DNA of 64,000 nt from Amoebophrya sp. A120 (Eukaryota > Protista > Dinoflagellata), in assembly GCA_905178155.1 (NCBI GenBank), contig CAJINV010000009.1, positions 855,415 through 919,414 on the forward strand, in the 5' to 3' direction. Shown piece after piece: positions 11,094 through 24,502 of the stretch. Position 1 is the stretch's first letter. Each line of letters starts with the position of its first letter. The translations under genes were made by a program, and so were the position numbers. The notes below the pieces were generated by a model. That model was not told the origin of the DNA. It was given only the letters and a program-made list of their open reading frames with translations, and ran no database searches.

Positions 11094-14000
11094 TCACATC
11101 CCCATGTGGATGAGCTGCGAAGCATCTTTTCGAAGCTCCGCCTGCGTGCTCGAAATGAGGCTGTCCATGAGATTGTCGCTCGACTGTGCTGCAGCTCCTG
11201 CTCGTCCTCTCCCGTCGAGTGTGATTATCTCCGACGCCGTTTTCGTTCCACCCTTCGCGTTTTTGTTGGCGCACTTGTTTAGAATCACCTTCGGAACTCC
11301 GTACCAGTCAGGATGATGTTTGGTGTTGAGCAAAACTTGCTTTACGTTCTGCATCAGCGGCCATGCGGAGTGGTGTTCCTTGTGAAGCTCGTGGTGCACG
11401 AGGGCGCCTCCATTCGCGACTGCTGCGTCCATGTGTTTTTTCAGCCAAAAGTAGAACACCATCTGGCGCTGGTAGCGGGTGTACCCCTGCGCCAGGCCCA
11501 TTTTCGTCGCGGCGGTCAGGCGAGGTAGATTTTCCTGGTCCAGCTTCCGCTTGTTTTGCCCCAGAAAGCTCTTGCAGCCGTGGTCGGGGTCTCCGGTGCA
11601 AAAGTATCGTACTCGTAGTCGTTTTGCAATCATGCATGACAATCTTCTTAAGGTTAAGGTAAATCCGCATATACAAATTTTATTTGTCATGGTCATGCTG
11701 ACGCTGAGGAAATTTGTATATGCATTTAAGTATACGAGTACAATAATTTTGCAGTTCATACGGGGTAGAGGTACTTGTTCTGAAACTCCCGCATCGGCCA
11801 GTTCCAGTTCGCGACCGCGGATATTTTCGTGCCCACGTGCCCGCTGCGGTTCTGGAGGTCGGTGCACCGATCGAATTCGTTGATGACCAAGTGAAACTGG
11901 AAGCGTTTGAACACGTGGCAGGGCAGATAGTGCGCAACGTCGATGCCTGACGACGATGAACTTTCTTCATTCACATGGAACTCTTTGGGAACCAAGTCCC
12001 CGCGGACGTAGTCAAAGTCGTGGCCGCTCGGGTAGTCCTCGCGGTGGAAAACGTGCGGGATGGCAGTTTCCACCTTCTTCTGGTAATCCTCTTCTCGCAA
12101 TTCGCCGCTGGTCATGCTGTTCCCGAGGCCGATGTCGACCCAACCATCGCGCAACGTGCTGGGCTATCCTGTGCAAAAGTATCGTACTCGTAGTAATTGC
12201 TATGATCATGCATGACAAACATCCCTTTTTAGGGAAATCAGCATTACAAATTCCATTTTTCTTCTTGAAAAAATTTGTGATGCAATTTATACTAGTACGA
12301 TACTTACTTTTGCAATGCATATGGGCGACGTGCAGTCCTCGTTCTCGCTGCTGCCGGTACTGAGAGGAAAAATCCCCCCTCCCCATATTGAAAAGGCATG
12401 TTTCCAGGAAATTGCGTTGCGGATTTGAGGTCACAAATCACATCTGTCTTGCAAGAAGACAAGGGCAGAAGCTTCCGCCCCATTATGGAAGCGATTTGTC
12501 ATGCTGTTGGGCCTAAAGGGGGGCCGCTTGCCATGCTGCACTACTAGACCCATACGCCCCTACCTAGCCTGGGGATCTGGCCGCAGTGCCTTTGTGCAAT
12601 ACAAAGCTGATTTGTGGTCACAAATCAGCATCACAAATTTTCGTTTTGATATGGGGAGGGGGGATTTTTCATTTTGATAGCCGGGAAGGCAGTGGTGGTT
12701 CTTCCACTGAACCGAAGGGCGGAGGTGGTCTAGGAAGCCATAGCTGCCGCAACTCGACATGTGCACGTGCACTGGCTTGGTGCCGTCAGTGGCGGCCTCT
12801 TGCCCGTGTTTCGAACCTGATGAATCTTCATCGTCGCTCTTCAATACATATTGCGAGTACAGGCTCCAGCGCTGGACGAACTGGCACCCTCCGCTGTGCC
12901 CTGCGACAAAAATCTCGCTCGCGAGATTCGTTTTGCGCAGCGTGTTATGCATTGCAAAAGTGTATCGCGATCGCACTACTAGAAATAGATCAGAAATTTG
13001 TCCAGAAGACAAAATTGAATTCCTATATGCTGATTTACCTGAGAGTCGAGATGAAATGTCTATGCACAGATGCAATTTATACGAGCACGAAACTTTTGCA
13101 ATGCATACGTGTTCACGATCTCGTCCAGAACCCGGAAACTAGACAAATTTTCATTGCTGTCTTGCAAATCTTGGTTCGTGCTCTCGTACCCGCGTTGCGA
13201 CAGGTAGGTCGTGTCGGCCTTCCAGTACAGATGGGTCTTGGAAACCAAATTTCGGAAAAACGGGACCACGACCGCCACGTCGTGCAGCTGCCTGTCCTTG
13301 TGCAAAAACCCCGCCCAGCCATTGCAGGTGTCGTGAACGTAGCCGCCGAGCGTGGGGTGCCAGGTGCTGGCATGCCAATACTCGCTGATCACGATGACCA
13401 CCGGCCGCGGCGCGGTGCGCTGCAAAGTGAAATCGTCTCCGTTGACGAAATCGGGGAGGTGGGGGAGATTGGTGAACGCGGTGAAGTCCTTGTGCAAATT
13501 TCTGATGTTCGCCATCTTCTGGGGCCGACAGTAGTGCGGCAGGGGGCCTGCTACTGGTTTGGAGTAGTGAGAGTGATCTGTATTTCGATTTCCGCTGTGG
13601 TGATGATTTTTGTGGTTGGCTTTCTGCGGAGGGCCGACGGAGGGCGCGATGGGCGCGCCAGCCGGAGTGCCATCGCCATCAATGTGCGTGATTGCAGGAT
13701 CTGAGTCCTTGCCGAGGATTGTGGACGATGAAGATGAAGATGATGATGAACCAGCGCTGCCAGACGAGGGCACATCGACGACGCCGGGCCTGGGAACCAC
13801 GTCAGTCGCACTCAGCGGTCGTATATCCAAAGTCTCGTCTCCGAATGCAGCGGGTCCTGTTGTCGATTCGTAAAAGAACGGGGGGATTTCTGGGACATCA
13901 GAAGATGAATCTGTGTCGAGTTCTTGGCTACTTTCGTCAGCAACTATGCCCATGTCAACATCCTCCGGCCCGTCCTCGTCGATAGTGCTCACTGAATCAT

Positions 14001-14745
14001 CTTCGTCCCCTATGAAAACACCCACACCCGCCTCCACTGGTCCGTTATCCGATTCTGCCGGGGGAAGCGGGCGAATATCGTTTGCGCTGGTGCTGTGGTC
14101 GTATCCGTGCGGAAAAAGCTCTGGGGCGTTGGGAAGATATTTCGCCCAGGCAGGAATCGGGATGTAGTTCCGGTCTACGTAGTCGATATCCAATTCCCCC
14201 GTCGCAAGCTCCTCTCGAATGTAGACGGCCCTGGCATCCAGAGGTCCTTGTTCGTTGGAGGTACCGTCTGCAACGACTTGGGTCTCGCTGGACTTGATAT
14301 GGCGGTTGTTCTGCAGCGTCAGGGGCGTTACAACAAAACCGCCTAGCACCGTCGCCGCACCGAGCACCCCGAGACTGCGGAGGGCAAGCTTTTTTCTCTT
14401 CTGCGACAGGCGGAGGGTTGCTGCGGCATTGTGCACAGCTGACGTTTCGTTTGTGACGTTCCAAGAATCCGTCGCTGGCGCAATGAGACCCTGTAAGGTG
14501 GCATCCTGGTGTAGTTGGGGTGGGAGGTCGTTTACAAAAGGTGGGCCCCCGCGTTCAAGTGCTGTTGCAGCAAAGTAGGGCGGAGAATCGTTCTTGCGTC
14601 CGGAAGTAGACCTGCCGGCGGTCGTGGAGATGCTGAGCTTTGTGGCGGAAGCAAGCAACGCATTTGATTGGGTACACTGGTGCAGCACAAAGGCGCTCGA
14701 GAGCTTCCACACCACGAGGAGACGCAACGATTTGGGCACGAACAT
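11094..14745 (-). CDS. Secreted/membrane alpha/beta-hydrolase-fold protein; 5 exons, 4 introner introns
   Basis: Removing four elements gives continuous sequence: SSFRVLDEIVNTLRKTNLASEIFVAGHSGGCQFVQRW (GHSxG nucleophile elbow) ... HHCLPGSSENEDCTSPSTLRDGW ... NKYLYPDHGCKSF ... HHSAW. N-terminal hydrophobic signal. Confidence 0.8.
11590..11760. mobile_element. Introner, family B; TSD CGGGG
   Basis: TIR core TGCAAAAGTATCGTACTCGTA / TACGAGTACAATAATTTTGCA. Left terminus TCT instead of TAT. CGGGG at 11585-11589 and 11761-11765. Confidence 0.85.
12165..12321. mobile_element. Introner, family B; TSD TGGGC
   Basis: TATCCTGTGCAAAAGT...ACTTTTGCAATGCATA. TGGGC at 12160-12164 and 12322-12326. Confidence 0.9.
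12358..12679. mobile_element. Introner, family G; TSD GCCGG
   Basis: Perfect 22-bp subterminal IR GAAAAATCCCCCCTCCCCATAT. Left terminus TAC, right terminus ATA. GCCGG at 12353-12357 and 12680-12684. Confidence 0.85.
12946..13107. mobile_element. Introner, family B; TSD CGTGT
   Basis: TIR TATGCATTGCAAAAG / CTTTTGCAATGCATA. CGTGT at 12941-12945 and 13108-13112. Confidence 0.92.
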
Positions 14746-15458
14746 CTTGCTGGTATTGATATTCTTGAGTCGGGACTTCGTCGTTGCGTGGTGGGCGGTA
14801 TTAACCGAGGGGTTGCAGGTGGAATTGCAAACCTGACTCGGCTGGACGAGGACGAGCTTGCATTTGCTATAATTGCTAAGGGGCAGAAATAAATACTCTT
14901 ATCAAAAATACGCAATGACCGATGGCGACGCCTGCCGTTGCAGTCACACACAACAAAGCGAGCAAAGCAACAACGTCCACGAGGAGAGGAAAGCAGGAGC
15001 TCAACACTTCTCCACATCGACTGGTTTTTGATTCATTTTGAGTATGATCTATTATGTTGTTTCTAGCAAATTTGTTTTCTGGTAGTTCGTTGGTGCGTAG
15101 ATCAAAATGACCATAGTGTTGTGTTCGTCCACGTCAACGTCGATCACAAGTCGGGGCGCCCTAAATAAAGGGCACATGATGATAGATGAAGGGGCTTCTT
15201 ACATTGATATTGATGTATTGAAATTGACTTTCCACATTTTTGGGTGGGAGTGTGTGTTAAGCTTCAAGGACAACAACACGCGCGTCAGCATGCCACCGTA
15301 TTTTTTCTCGCAAAATGTACCATAATAAGGTTCAAGAATTCCTCCACGACGAGCACAGCCCACAAGATTTCTACCTCGAGCCACATCAAGTTGCCAGACT
15401 TGTGAAAGTAGAGCTGATTTGTTCAATCTTCACACGACCGCACACGGTTCCATCATAT

Positions 15459-18400
15459 TCAAAAAAATAAAGTAGGAAATTCAACTTCGTTCTCGTTTTC
15501 TTCAGAAACGTCGCCCTCCATGCCCATCTTTTTCGCCATATCGGTCCACGCGTCCAATTCTGCGGCAAATTCGCTGTCGGTCATCGTTTCTAGCGTTCTG
15601 TTAGAGGCCATGGCGGGTGACAGCTGCTTCTTCGCCAAAAACCGCTTCAAGAAGTGCAGACTCGCCTGGGGGCGGAACTGTGGCACCATGTGACCCGAGC
15701 CGTGAAAGGTCATAAACGTAACATTGTGCTCGTAGTTCACGACTTCTCCTCCAAACTGCGGACCCGCGTCGACCGCTAGCAAACCGGGCCCGAAGAGCGG
15801 AGCCTTGTCCTCCAGAACCGCCGCCGGTGTTGCGACCTGGTTGTTTTTTTTTTTGCGTTTGTCTTTCCTTCGTCCTCGTAGGCAATGAATGAACATGAAG
15901 TTGATCGTAGCATCGTAGTCCAAGGGCAAAATTGCACGCCCTTCTTTCTACGATAAAACACGCAAACATGCGAAAGTACACCACAGCATGGCGGTTCGGC
16001 GTGCTTAATCAAGGCAAAACGTGGAAAAAGCTGAAGCATTTTTTTTTTCCTAAAACAGCAGTGCCGCCCGGGGAAGAGGGGATGAGCAAACTTGTGCGCA
16101 CTTCTTTCTACGAAAAGCGAAAGCAAGCGAAAACACACCACAGCATGGCGCTTCGTCGTGCTTAATCAAGGCAAAACGTGGAAAAAGCTGAAGCCTTTTT
16201 TTTTCCTGAAACAGCAGTGCCGCCCGGGAAAGAAGGGATGAGCAAACTTGTGCGCACTTCTTTCTACGAAAAGCGAAAGCAAGCGAAAGTACACCACAGC
16301 ATGGCGCTTCGTCGTGCTTAATCAAGGCAAAACGTGGAAAAAGCTGAAGCCTTTTTTTTTCCTGAAACAGCAGTGCCGCCCGGGGACGAAGGGATGAGCA
16401 AACTTGTGCGCACTTCTTTCTACGAAAAGCGAAAGCAAGCGAAAGTACACCACAGCATGGCGCTTCGTCGTGCTTAATCAAGGCAAAACGTGGAAAAAGC
16501 TGAAGCCTTTTTTTTTCCTGAAACAGCAGTGCCGCCCGGGGACGAAGGGATGAGCAAACTTGTGCGCACTTCTTTCTACGAAAAGCGAAAGCAAGCGAAA
16601 GTACACCACAGCATGGCGCTTCGTCGTGCTTAATCAAGGCAAAACGTGGAAAAAGCTGAAGCCTTTTTTTTTCCTGAAACAGCAGTGCCGCCCGGGGACG
16701 AAGGGATGAGCAAACTTGTGCGCACTTCTTTCTACGAAAAGCGAAAGCAAGCGAAAGTACACCACAGCATGGCGCTTCGTCGTGCTTAATCAAGGCAAAA
16801 CGTGGAAAAAGCTGAAGCCTTTTTTTTTCCTGAAACAGCAGTGCCGCCCGGGGACGAAGGGATGAGCAAACTTGTGCGCACTTCTTTCTACGAAAAGCGA
16901 AAGCAAGCGAAAGTACACCACAGCATGGCGCTTCGTCGTGCTTAATCAAGGCAAAACGTGGAAAAAGCTGAAGCCTTTTTTTTTCCTGAAACAGCAGTGC
17001 CGCCCGGGGACGAAGGCATAAGCAAACTTGTGCGCACTTCTTTCTACGAAACGCGCAAACATATGAAAGTACACCATAGCATGGCGCTTCGGCCTGCTTA
17101 ATCGAGGCAAAAGCCGACAAGATGAAAGTCTCAAATGAAAATAGTCAAACTAGACAAACATCGCAGAAATATAATTTAAGTACTTTGTGATAAAACCAGG
17201 GTCGGTAGCCGTGTCCGTCCAGTTCTGCGAAGCCCAATCGCTCAATCGCGGTCCGCGTGCCCTCGTAGCTGACGCACGGGTCGGTATCCCCGTTCAGAAC
17301 AACGGTTTGTTCCAATTTGGGCGCGATGTCCCGGTAAAAGTCGATCATGGATTTCGCTCCTGGCTTCGCGCCCGCCCAGTTGCACGCCGCGTAGTCCTGC
17401 TCGTAGAGGAAGTGCACATCCTCGTCGTTCGGCCATGTCTTCACCGGCGCGTCGGTCACGTGCAGGGCCGCGCGGACCTCGGGGCTGTTCAGGTACTTCC
17501 CCATGTCACTGTCCTCCTTGCCCATCTTGTCCCCCGCGGGGGAAAACAACGAGTACGGGTTGATCCACTGCTTCGCCCAGCCCTGGTCGAGCTTGTTGCT
17601 CGCGCTTGTCTGGAACTTCCATATGGCGCTCTCAACTGTTACATTCTCAACTGTATACATGATTTGTCATGCTAAATTACCTTCAGCTTGACTATCAACG
17701 CCATCAAGCTGCTTCGCATGGAAAATTCTCAGACGGCCAAACAGGCTGAGAATCTGTGCCAAATCTGTCATGCAAGACGCGCAAGGTCCTTCCTTTCACT
17801 TTTGCCATTCTTGCATCACAAATTCATGTAACAGTTAAGAATGTAACGTTTGAGAAGTCCATATTCCGCCAGGCTCGCTTGCACTCAGCGCTCTCATGCC
17901 GGAACCGGTGCCCGGGACCCGAAATCTTGCTCTTCACGTGGTCCTTGTTGATCTCCACACTTGCAGGTGATGTTAATAACGCTGCTCCAGTATTTGCTGG
18001 GGCCGTGGTCTCGGTAAGGGCTACTTCCTGGTTTTGGTTTTGTTTGAATCTGGAGAGCAGCGTGGAAGTCGTAGAATTGATGCGTCGATTGAGTAAAGTG
18101 TAGAACTGTCCCTCCAGGAAGTGTTTCGGGAAGACGTTGGACAAGCTCGGACTGCGCGCTTGGCAGGTATTCCAGAGAAACTCGAACTCTTGGTCTTGGA
18201 CTAAGCCGTTCTTATCAAATGTAAAAATGTCTGGGTCTGGGACAAAGCAACCTGTCATGCTAAATCTGAAACATGTAGAAAACTGTGTTGCGTGATTACC
18301 AAAAGCTGTCCACATTTGACCTAATGATCGAGAGGCAGTTTCTTATGCAGGAAAGGCATGATAGAACACTCACAGAGCCTGTCATGCTATGTCCTACATA

Positions 18401-19413
18401 CCAGACCTCATGGGTCATGGAAAACCTGCATGACAAGTCTGGCACTCTGCCAGACCCAGACATTTTTACATTTGATAGTTCTTGTGAGTGTACCACAGCA
18501 TGTCCATCGAATCTTTCTGTGCATCGTCGTCGGTGCAGGGATCGCCCACCGCAACACCCTTCAAAGGGATCAGAACATCTTCACTTTCACTTGTTCTGCC
18601 AGCGTCTTCAGAGTTGGGCAGGTGTTTTCTACTCCTGTCGTCTTTGAACGCCTTTGCATTCCCGTCCAGAATCGCTTTCGCCAAGGTTGGAATGTAGACC
18701 CCGGCATACGATTCCCCGGTGATGTAGAAATCGTTCCCCGCTAGTGCCGGAAACTTGTTTTTGAAGAAGTCCACGAGCGCGGCGTGGCTCGCGGTGGCGC
18801 ACTGCTTGTCGGAGTTGTGGCAGGACTGGTTTTTGGCCTTCTGTACCTCACAATAACTGAACCCAACGCCAACTGGCTGCTCTAGGGCCAGCACGTGCGC
18901 GTGCTTGGTCCAGGAGTAGGGATTCTTCGCCAATTTGCCGTCCTTGTTCAGGAGCAAGGGCCCGTTCTCTTCGAGGAAACCGATCAACGAACTGGATCCC
19001 GGGCCGCCGTTCAGCCACAAGACGACAGGAATTTTACCGTTTTTGTTTTGCCGCGCAGCGAGACCGAGAGCGACTCCGGCGCCGGCCTCTGTAGTTTGCT
19101 GCTCCTCCGCCAGAGACACACCAACATCCTGATACTTTTCCGACAGGGCGAGCCAGTAATGTAAGCGACAATATCTTCCGTTTTTCTCCGTGTCGCACCC
19201 CTTCGTCGCGTCGAGGAAGCCGGAGTACTGCTTGGTTGGTGGCGGACCGTAATTCGGCAACGAGGACACCTCGTCGGGGTGGTTCGTTGGGATAGTTCCT
19301 GAAGTTGCTGGAGGGCGTACGGTGCGACTAGTCGCTGGAGATGGTGGCGCGGACACTGTAGAACTGTCGGCATGTACTGCACACGCACAGAGAAGCAGCG
19401 ACGTTTTCTTCAT
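15459..19413 (-). CDS. Serine carboxypeptidase (peptidase S10); 4 exons
   Basis: Signal peptide, QYSGFL, PVVLWLNGGPGSSS, EQPVGVGFSY, TGESYAG (catalytic Ser), NGDTD (Asp region), GSGHMVP (His). Two introner introns plus a GT-AG intron at 15837-17183. Confidence 0.95.
15930..17113. repeat. 156-bp tandem repeat, about 7.5 copies, inside a carboxypeptidase intron
   Basis: Identical phase at 16081/16861 and 16161/16941 (780 = 5 x 156). Central copies are near-identical and flanking copies are diverged. Confidence 0.95.
17622..17863. mobile_element. Introner, family D; TSD TTCCA/TTCCG
   Basis: Imperfect ~33-bp TIR TATGG...GTTACATTCTCAACTGT. Removal gives CKRAWRKFQTSASNK. Confidence 0.88.
18213..18477. 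mobile_element. Introner, family C; TSD GTTCT
   Basis: Perfect 28-bp TIR TATCAAATGTAAAAATGTCTGGGTCTGG. Removal gives WYTHKNGLVQDQEF. Confidence 0.93.
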
Positions 19414-20126
19414 TCTTTATCAAAGTTTAATGTTGTCAAGACACGATTCGGATTTCAACTCAGAACGCTGGGCTTGGGAAGATAAGATATGGACGGGAAA
19501 CGAAGAAGCGCCGACCTGTTGGGGAAGTGCGCCAGGCGTCACTGCAAACAATGATTGTCCGAGGTGATTCACATTCACTTACTACGTATCTATTAGTTCG
19601 ATATTTATCGCTCAACAAGGTGCAGGAAGACGGAGGATTTGGCTCTGCATCTGCTCGATAAGCGCAGCAAGTGCTCGTAAAGAAAAAAATAGCAGCTGTG
19701 TTCGTTTTTCGTCATACACCCGTTCTGCAGTGCAACACTCTTAAAAAGAAACCACACCCGAACAATCAGAGGCAAGGGCAGACGAAATTTGAGTTCCGCC
19801 CATCGAGCAACCGCACATCTGGATCAATGGCAGAGCGTTTCATCATATGTTTATTGTGTGTTCCAAACATGTGAGGTGGTGTACAGATCATGACAAAGAA
19901 CAAGTATATATAAGATTAAGATCTAGATCATGGATTCGTCTACTTATGTAGAGGCGTTGCATGCATGTTGTTGGGCTTGTGACTCCTGTTCCACATAGCA
20001 GCAGCACCAAGAAACAATCGAAATCGATCAATCAGAAATAGAGTCCTGCCAGCTCGTTCTGGTTCTGCGCGAGAACTACTATCTACAGTATTAAGACGAA
20101 TATGACCTGTGCTTCAGCTGTAACTA

Positions 20127-23100
20127 CTAGAGCGCCAACTCCGTAACAAGGGCATCGCGCCACTTCGCTACCGCCTTTACGAACTCGCGGTCTGTAAATT
20201 TCCGCATTCGTCTAGTTTTCGCTTCGATCGGACTCCCGCTGCCGTTTCCGTCCCGGGCGCTGGCCATATCGCTGCGCGTCAACTTTTGCAATTGCACAAA
20301 CAGGTCGGCACTGCTGGAAAACCGGAAGAGGTGCGGGTCGCGGCTGTAGTCCGAAAACAACACGCTCCAGTATTCAGCGTCATTTCTGAAAAACTTGGCA
20401 GCGGCCTCCTCTGTCTGCGTCATGTCCCCCCAGTGGAAAAAGGGCGACGTGTTTGGGGGGTACAGGTGGGTACCGTTCAGGGTCTTCTCGTCGATGAAGT
20501 GCCGTCGCTTGTGCAAACTGTGAATGCCACGGAAGAGGAAGAAGCGAAGGTGTTCGCGAACGGGGACAAAGATCGGGATGCCCATGCTGTAGAGCTCGTA
20601 GTACATCATGAGCGCGACGTCGTAAGGGTAAAACACCACTGCGAAAAACTTCCGCGCCATCTCCTCGTACGAGAGGCGGGGCCGCTGGTTCCGGACGTCG
20701 CTAAAAATAAGCTTCACGCTTGGTATGTCTGGGAGCCGTCCGGCGCCGTCTCCTGCGGAGGAAGAAGAAGACCACTTGCAGGTTTTTTTTTCGTTCGCCC
20801 TCTTTATCGGTACCTCAGGGAGCACTGAACCTAGTGCATTGTCCTCGAAAGGGGATTCTTGATCTTGTTTGGTACTACTTGAAATCGACGTCCTTTGTGT
20901 AGTTGACGTCGTAGTTTTTTCGTCGCGCGAGTCAGCAGGAACAGAAGTATCAGGTGAACTTGTAACTGTATCCTCCGTGTAGTACGTGAGCTGATTCAGC
21001 AAGCTGGCGGTATCCACGCAACTAAAGGGGCCCTTGTTGAGCAGAATGTGCACCTGGAGCACCTCTTTTTCCGGTGTGATCTCTTCGCCATCGGGCCCCC
21101 ACTCGCACTTCTTTTCCCGAAGATTATCGACTGGTAGATGATGTTGTTGTCCTAGTAAACTACCTGCACGAGCTACTAGCTGCTCGAAAACAGATCGGCT
21201 GGCTGGTGCCACCACGGCCCGCAGGCGACTTTTCACCTCGTTGAGCGGGTTGGACCACACGGCACCAGTGTGCTTCCCGAAAGCCCGGATATGGATGTGT
21301 CAGAGTTGAAATCGTCAAAGTTGAAATAATTTGTCATCGTATAAAATGCAATACACAAAGTCGTGACTCTATTGCAGAGGACGCACGGGAGGCAGATTAT
21401 AGTCCTGGTAAGGGTCAAAAGTTGGACTGCTGACTAGCATGACAGAAGGCAGCTCTTTTGCCCTAAACCGCAATACAGACTCGCTTGCAGGACCGGGAAA
21501 ATTTGTCATGCACCGACTACAAACTGCAGGTCTAACTGGCATCCATTTTATGCATGACAAATTATTTCAACTTTGTCGATTTCAAACCTGACACTCCCAT
21601 ACCGGATGATGGGCATGTAGAGCCCGGTTTGGTACCGGATCATGTGTGCCTTGTAGGGGTTGTAGGCCGCGACGAACGTGTATGGCGTTCTCAAACGTTA
21701 CATTCTCAACTGTGTAATGCAAGAATGGCAAAAGTGAAAGGGAAAACGTTGCGCCTTTTGCATTACAGGTTTGGAGCAGATTATAATGCTATCTAGCGCG
21801 TCGAGAAGTTGTCATTCGGAGAAGGCTTGATCGTGTTGAGAGTGATAGTGTTTTTGCATGACAAATTCATGTAACAGTTGAGAATGTAACGTTTGAGAAC
21901 GCCATAACGTGCGCGGCCGCTGCAGCGTCATCTCGCGAAACTTCCGGAACCACCACTCTCGCTCGCGCTTCCCCGTGATACCGGAAAGCAGGGGCTCGCC
22001 GATGTAAGCGATGATGGCCAGTTGCTCGTCGTGCGCGAACACGGAGCAGAGGATCGCGGGACTGGAGCAAATGAGAAGGTCGAACTTTTTCTCCTTCTTC
22101 TCCATCTGGTACTGCTCCCAGTGCGCCGCGGCCCGCTCGGCGAACTCGAAGAACTCCTCGATCCGCAGCTCGCCCACCACTTCCATGAAGCGCCGCGTGG
22201 GGCGGTACCCTGGCTCTCCGATCTGTGCGTGATCCTCGGCGCTAACCTCGCCCATCAGGGCGGCAATACCGACCGCATCTTTAGTGTTGGAGGAGCACGC
22301 GTCGCCGCCGCTGGTTTTACCCTTGCCGCAGTGTGCCGGGTCGTAGATTTCGTACACCGTTTCGACCGCTTTGTACTGGAGAAGATCCAGCGCTACGTGG
22401 TTCTCCAGCATGTACGACGCCTCTTGTGCCAAGGAAAAGTGCATTCCCACGTTGCAAACACGGAGGGTGTGCTGTTGGCGCTGTTCAAGCGTCAGTCCCT
22501 GCGGGGGCACGAAGTGGCTGTGTGCAAAAATCTCTTTCACCGAGAGGCCGCGGAGATTTGCTGCGCTCAGCAGGCCGGGAGCCAGTAGTTTGGGCTGATT
22601 GTAGTCAAAGGCGGGCGTTTGCGTTTCCTTTTCTATCGCAGATTTGTGCGGCTGGAAGAGAGTTACTGGACGCAATGCATTGGAGGCTTCATCTTCGGAT
22701 GCGAGCGCGAAAGCACTACTGGCCGCATTTTCCGCGTCGATCGGTGCAGGAGGGGATTCCTTACCTTCGGCTGCACGTGGAACCGCGCGAAAAGAACGGC
22801 TGTGTTGAAACAATTCGCTCTCGAGTCTGTCCATCATATCGTAGACCGTCCGGTCATTTATTGAGGAAATGCGTTCGCGTTCAAAAATGGTTCGAATTTC
22901 ATGATCATGCTGCTCGTCCGCATTTCTATTGCTACTACTTTCATCGGAGGGAGGGGAGCTATCACGGGCCGCGTTGTGGTCTCGGCCTCGGCCGTGCAGC
23001 AGCAGCACGTCGTAGAAGAGTTGCAATTCTTGGTCGAGAGTCCCTTCCTTTTCCATGTCCTCATCTGTTGCAGCATTGGCTGCAGTAATGACTTCCCCGT

Positions 23101-24502
23101 TGACAATAAAAGCAGGAGGATCGTCTTCTGATGAAAAGGTTGTCGTAGCTGCTTCCATTGTGTTCGAAGCTGATGCTCTTTCTGTTGTACTTTCAGTGTC
23201 TGTGTCTTGATTGTCTTCTACTTCTTTTGTTTTTGCGTCTCTAACAGCTTCACTCTCGTCGGTGCTGGTACTAGTACTGGTAGCCGTGGGCGAGGAGGGG
23301 TCTTTCTTTTCTACTGCTGAGGTAGACGACGTCCCGTTAAAGACCTGTTGCCAGACACTTAACGTTTCCTCCTCCTCAACTAGCAGGTCTGCGACGGCCG
23401 AGAGGTCAGAGGCAGCGAGCCCCCACCTGCTCGGGCTGATAACATCGAAGCAGGTATCGCGCTCCTTCGAGAGGAGATGGAGTAGGTTTGCCCTACAGAC
23501 CCGGCGGATGGCATCGGGCTTTGCGAACTTCACACAGGAAAACCGAAGCTGGAAGTCGGGCAAAAACTTGTCCTGAAGCGCTGAAAGCACTTTGTCGGCC
23601 GACCAGGAGGGTGCGGCGGTATCATTTTGTTGATCAATTTCGTGTTTCCCGTTTTCCTCAAGTGCTGGCGTCTGGGTGGAGTGGTTCGAATTCGTGGCGG
23701 CACGACTTCTGGCTCTCGTGAAGTAGAAGTCTGTGTCTTCCGCACTGCCGCTTGTAGTGCTTAATATTCCCATTAACGACCGCGCGATCCGATGTGATCT
23801 GGAGCGTCGCCGGGGTATTATCGCCCTGGCTATCCGTTTCCGATCTTCCTCAGGTGTGGCTGAACTCTCGAAGTGGTTGTCATCCAGCACATACCGCTCG
23901 AGCGCAGTTCTACTGTCGAAAATAGTTGTTGCACTCAGTGTCTGACCTGCTTGATTTCGATTTCCTCTTTCGCCTACTGGCGGGACAGAAACTGGCATCA
24001 CGCCTGTGACTTGGGCCATCACTGCCACTTCACCGTAAGGTTTCTTCTCTGTCCCGCTGTCTTGATCCTCGTCGCCTTTTGAGTTTGTCTGGGTATAGTC
24101 GCGACGAGCAAATTTGGCGAGCAAGTCCATTTTTTTCTGCACGTGGTCGGCCCACAACACGATGACGGTGGTGGCAAGAATGCCGTGGGTACAAAAAACC
24201 GCGTGTTGTGGGAATCGCGCGCCGAGGCTCGCAGCCTTTTCCAGAATCGCGCGGTCTGAATTGCGTCCTTTCCAAAAGTGCACCACGGCATTGGTCCACA
24301 TGCTGGAAGCCTCAGCGCAAAGACCCTGCTGCAGCGGGGCAGTCCCCTCGGACCGAAGCATCTGTTGCAGCACCTGAAAGCCGCGCGGGTCCGCACTGCA
24401 AGTGAGATAAGGCGCGGCATCGTCGATGTCGCGGTAGGCTCTCTCGTTTCGTGTATACAGACGAAAGACACGACCTGGGTCAACAATACAACTGTGGCTC
24501 AA
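20127..24502 (-). CDS. Large hypothetical protein with a glycosyltransferase-like C-terminal region; additional 5' exons likely up to about 26608
   Basis: Removing two introners joins QRPRTFVAAYNPYKAHMIRYQTGLYMPIIRAFGKHTGAVWSNP. The segment FFAVVFYPYDVALMMYYELYSMGIPIFVP resembles GT-B sugar-binding segments (inference). A signal-peptide-like exon lies at 26393-26608. Confidence 0.65.
21290..21601. mobile_element. Introner, family E; TSD CCGGA
   Basis: ~48-bp imperfect TIR TATGG..GTGTCAG..TTGAAATCG.CAAAGTTGAAATAATTTGTCAT. CCGGA at 21285-21289 and 21602-21606. Confidence 0.92.
21681..21906. mobile_element. Introner, family D (opposite orientation to the 17622 copy); TSD ACGTG
   Basis: Perfect 33-bp TIR TATGGCGTTCTCAAACGTTACATTCTCAACTGT. 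ACGTG at 21676-21680 and 21907-21911. Confidence 0.93.

Noticed and set aside
16050-17120. 356-aa ORF with a 52-aa repeat
   Set aside because: It is a translation of the 156-bp satellite, has no ATG start, and lies inside an intron of the carboxypeptidase.
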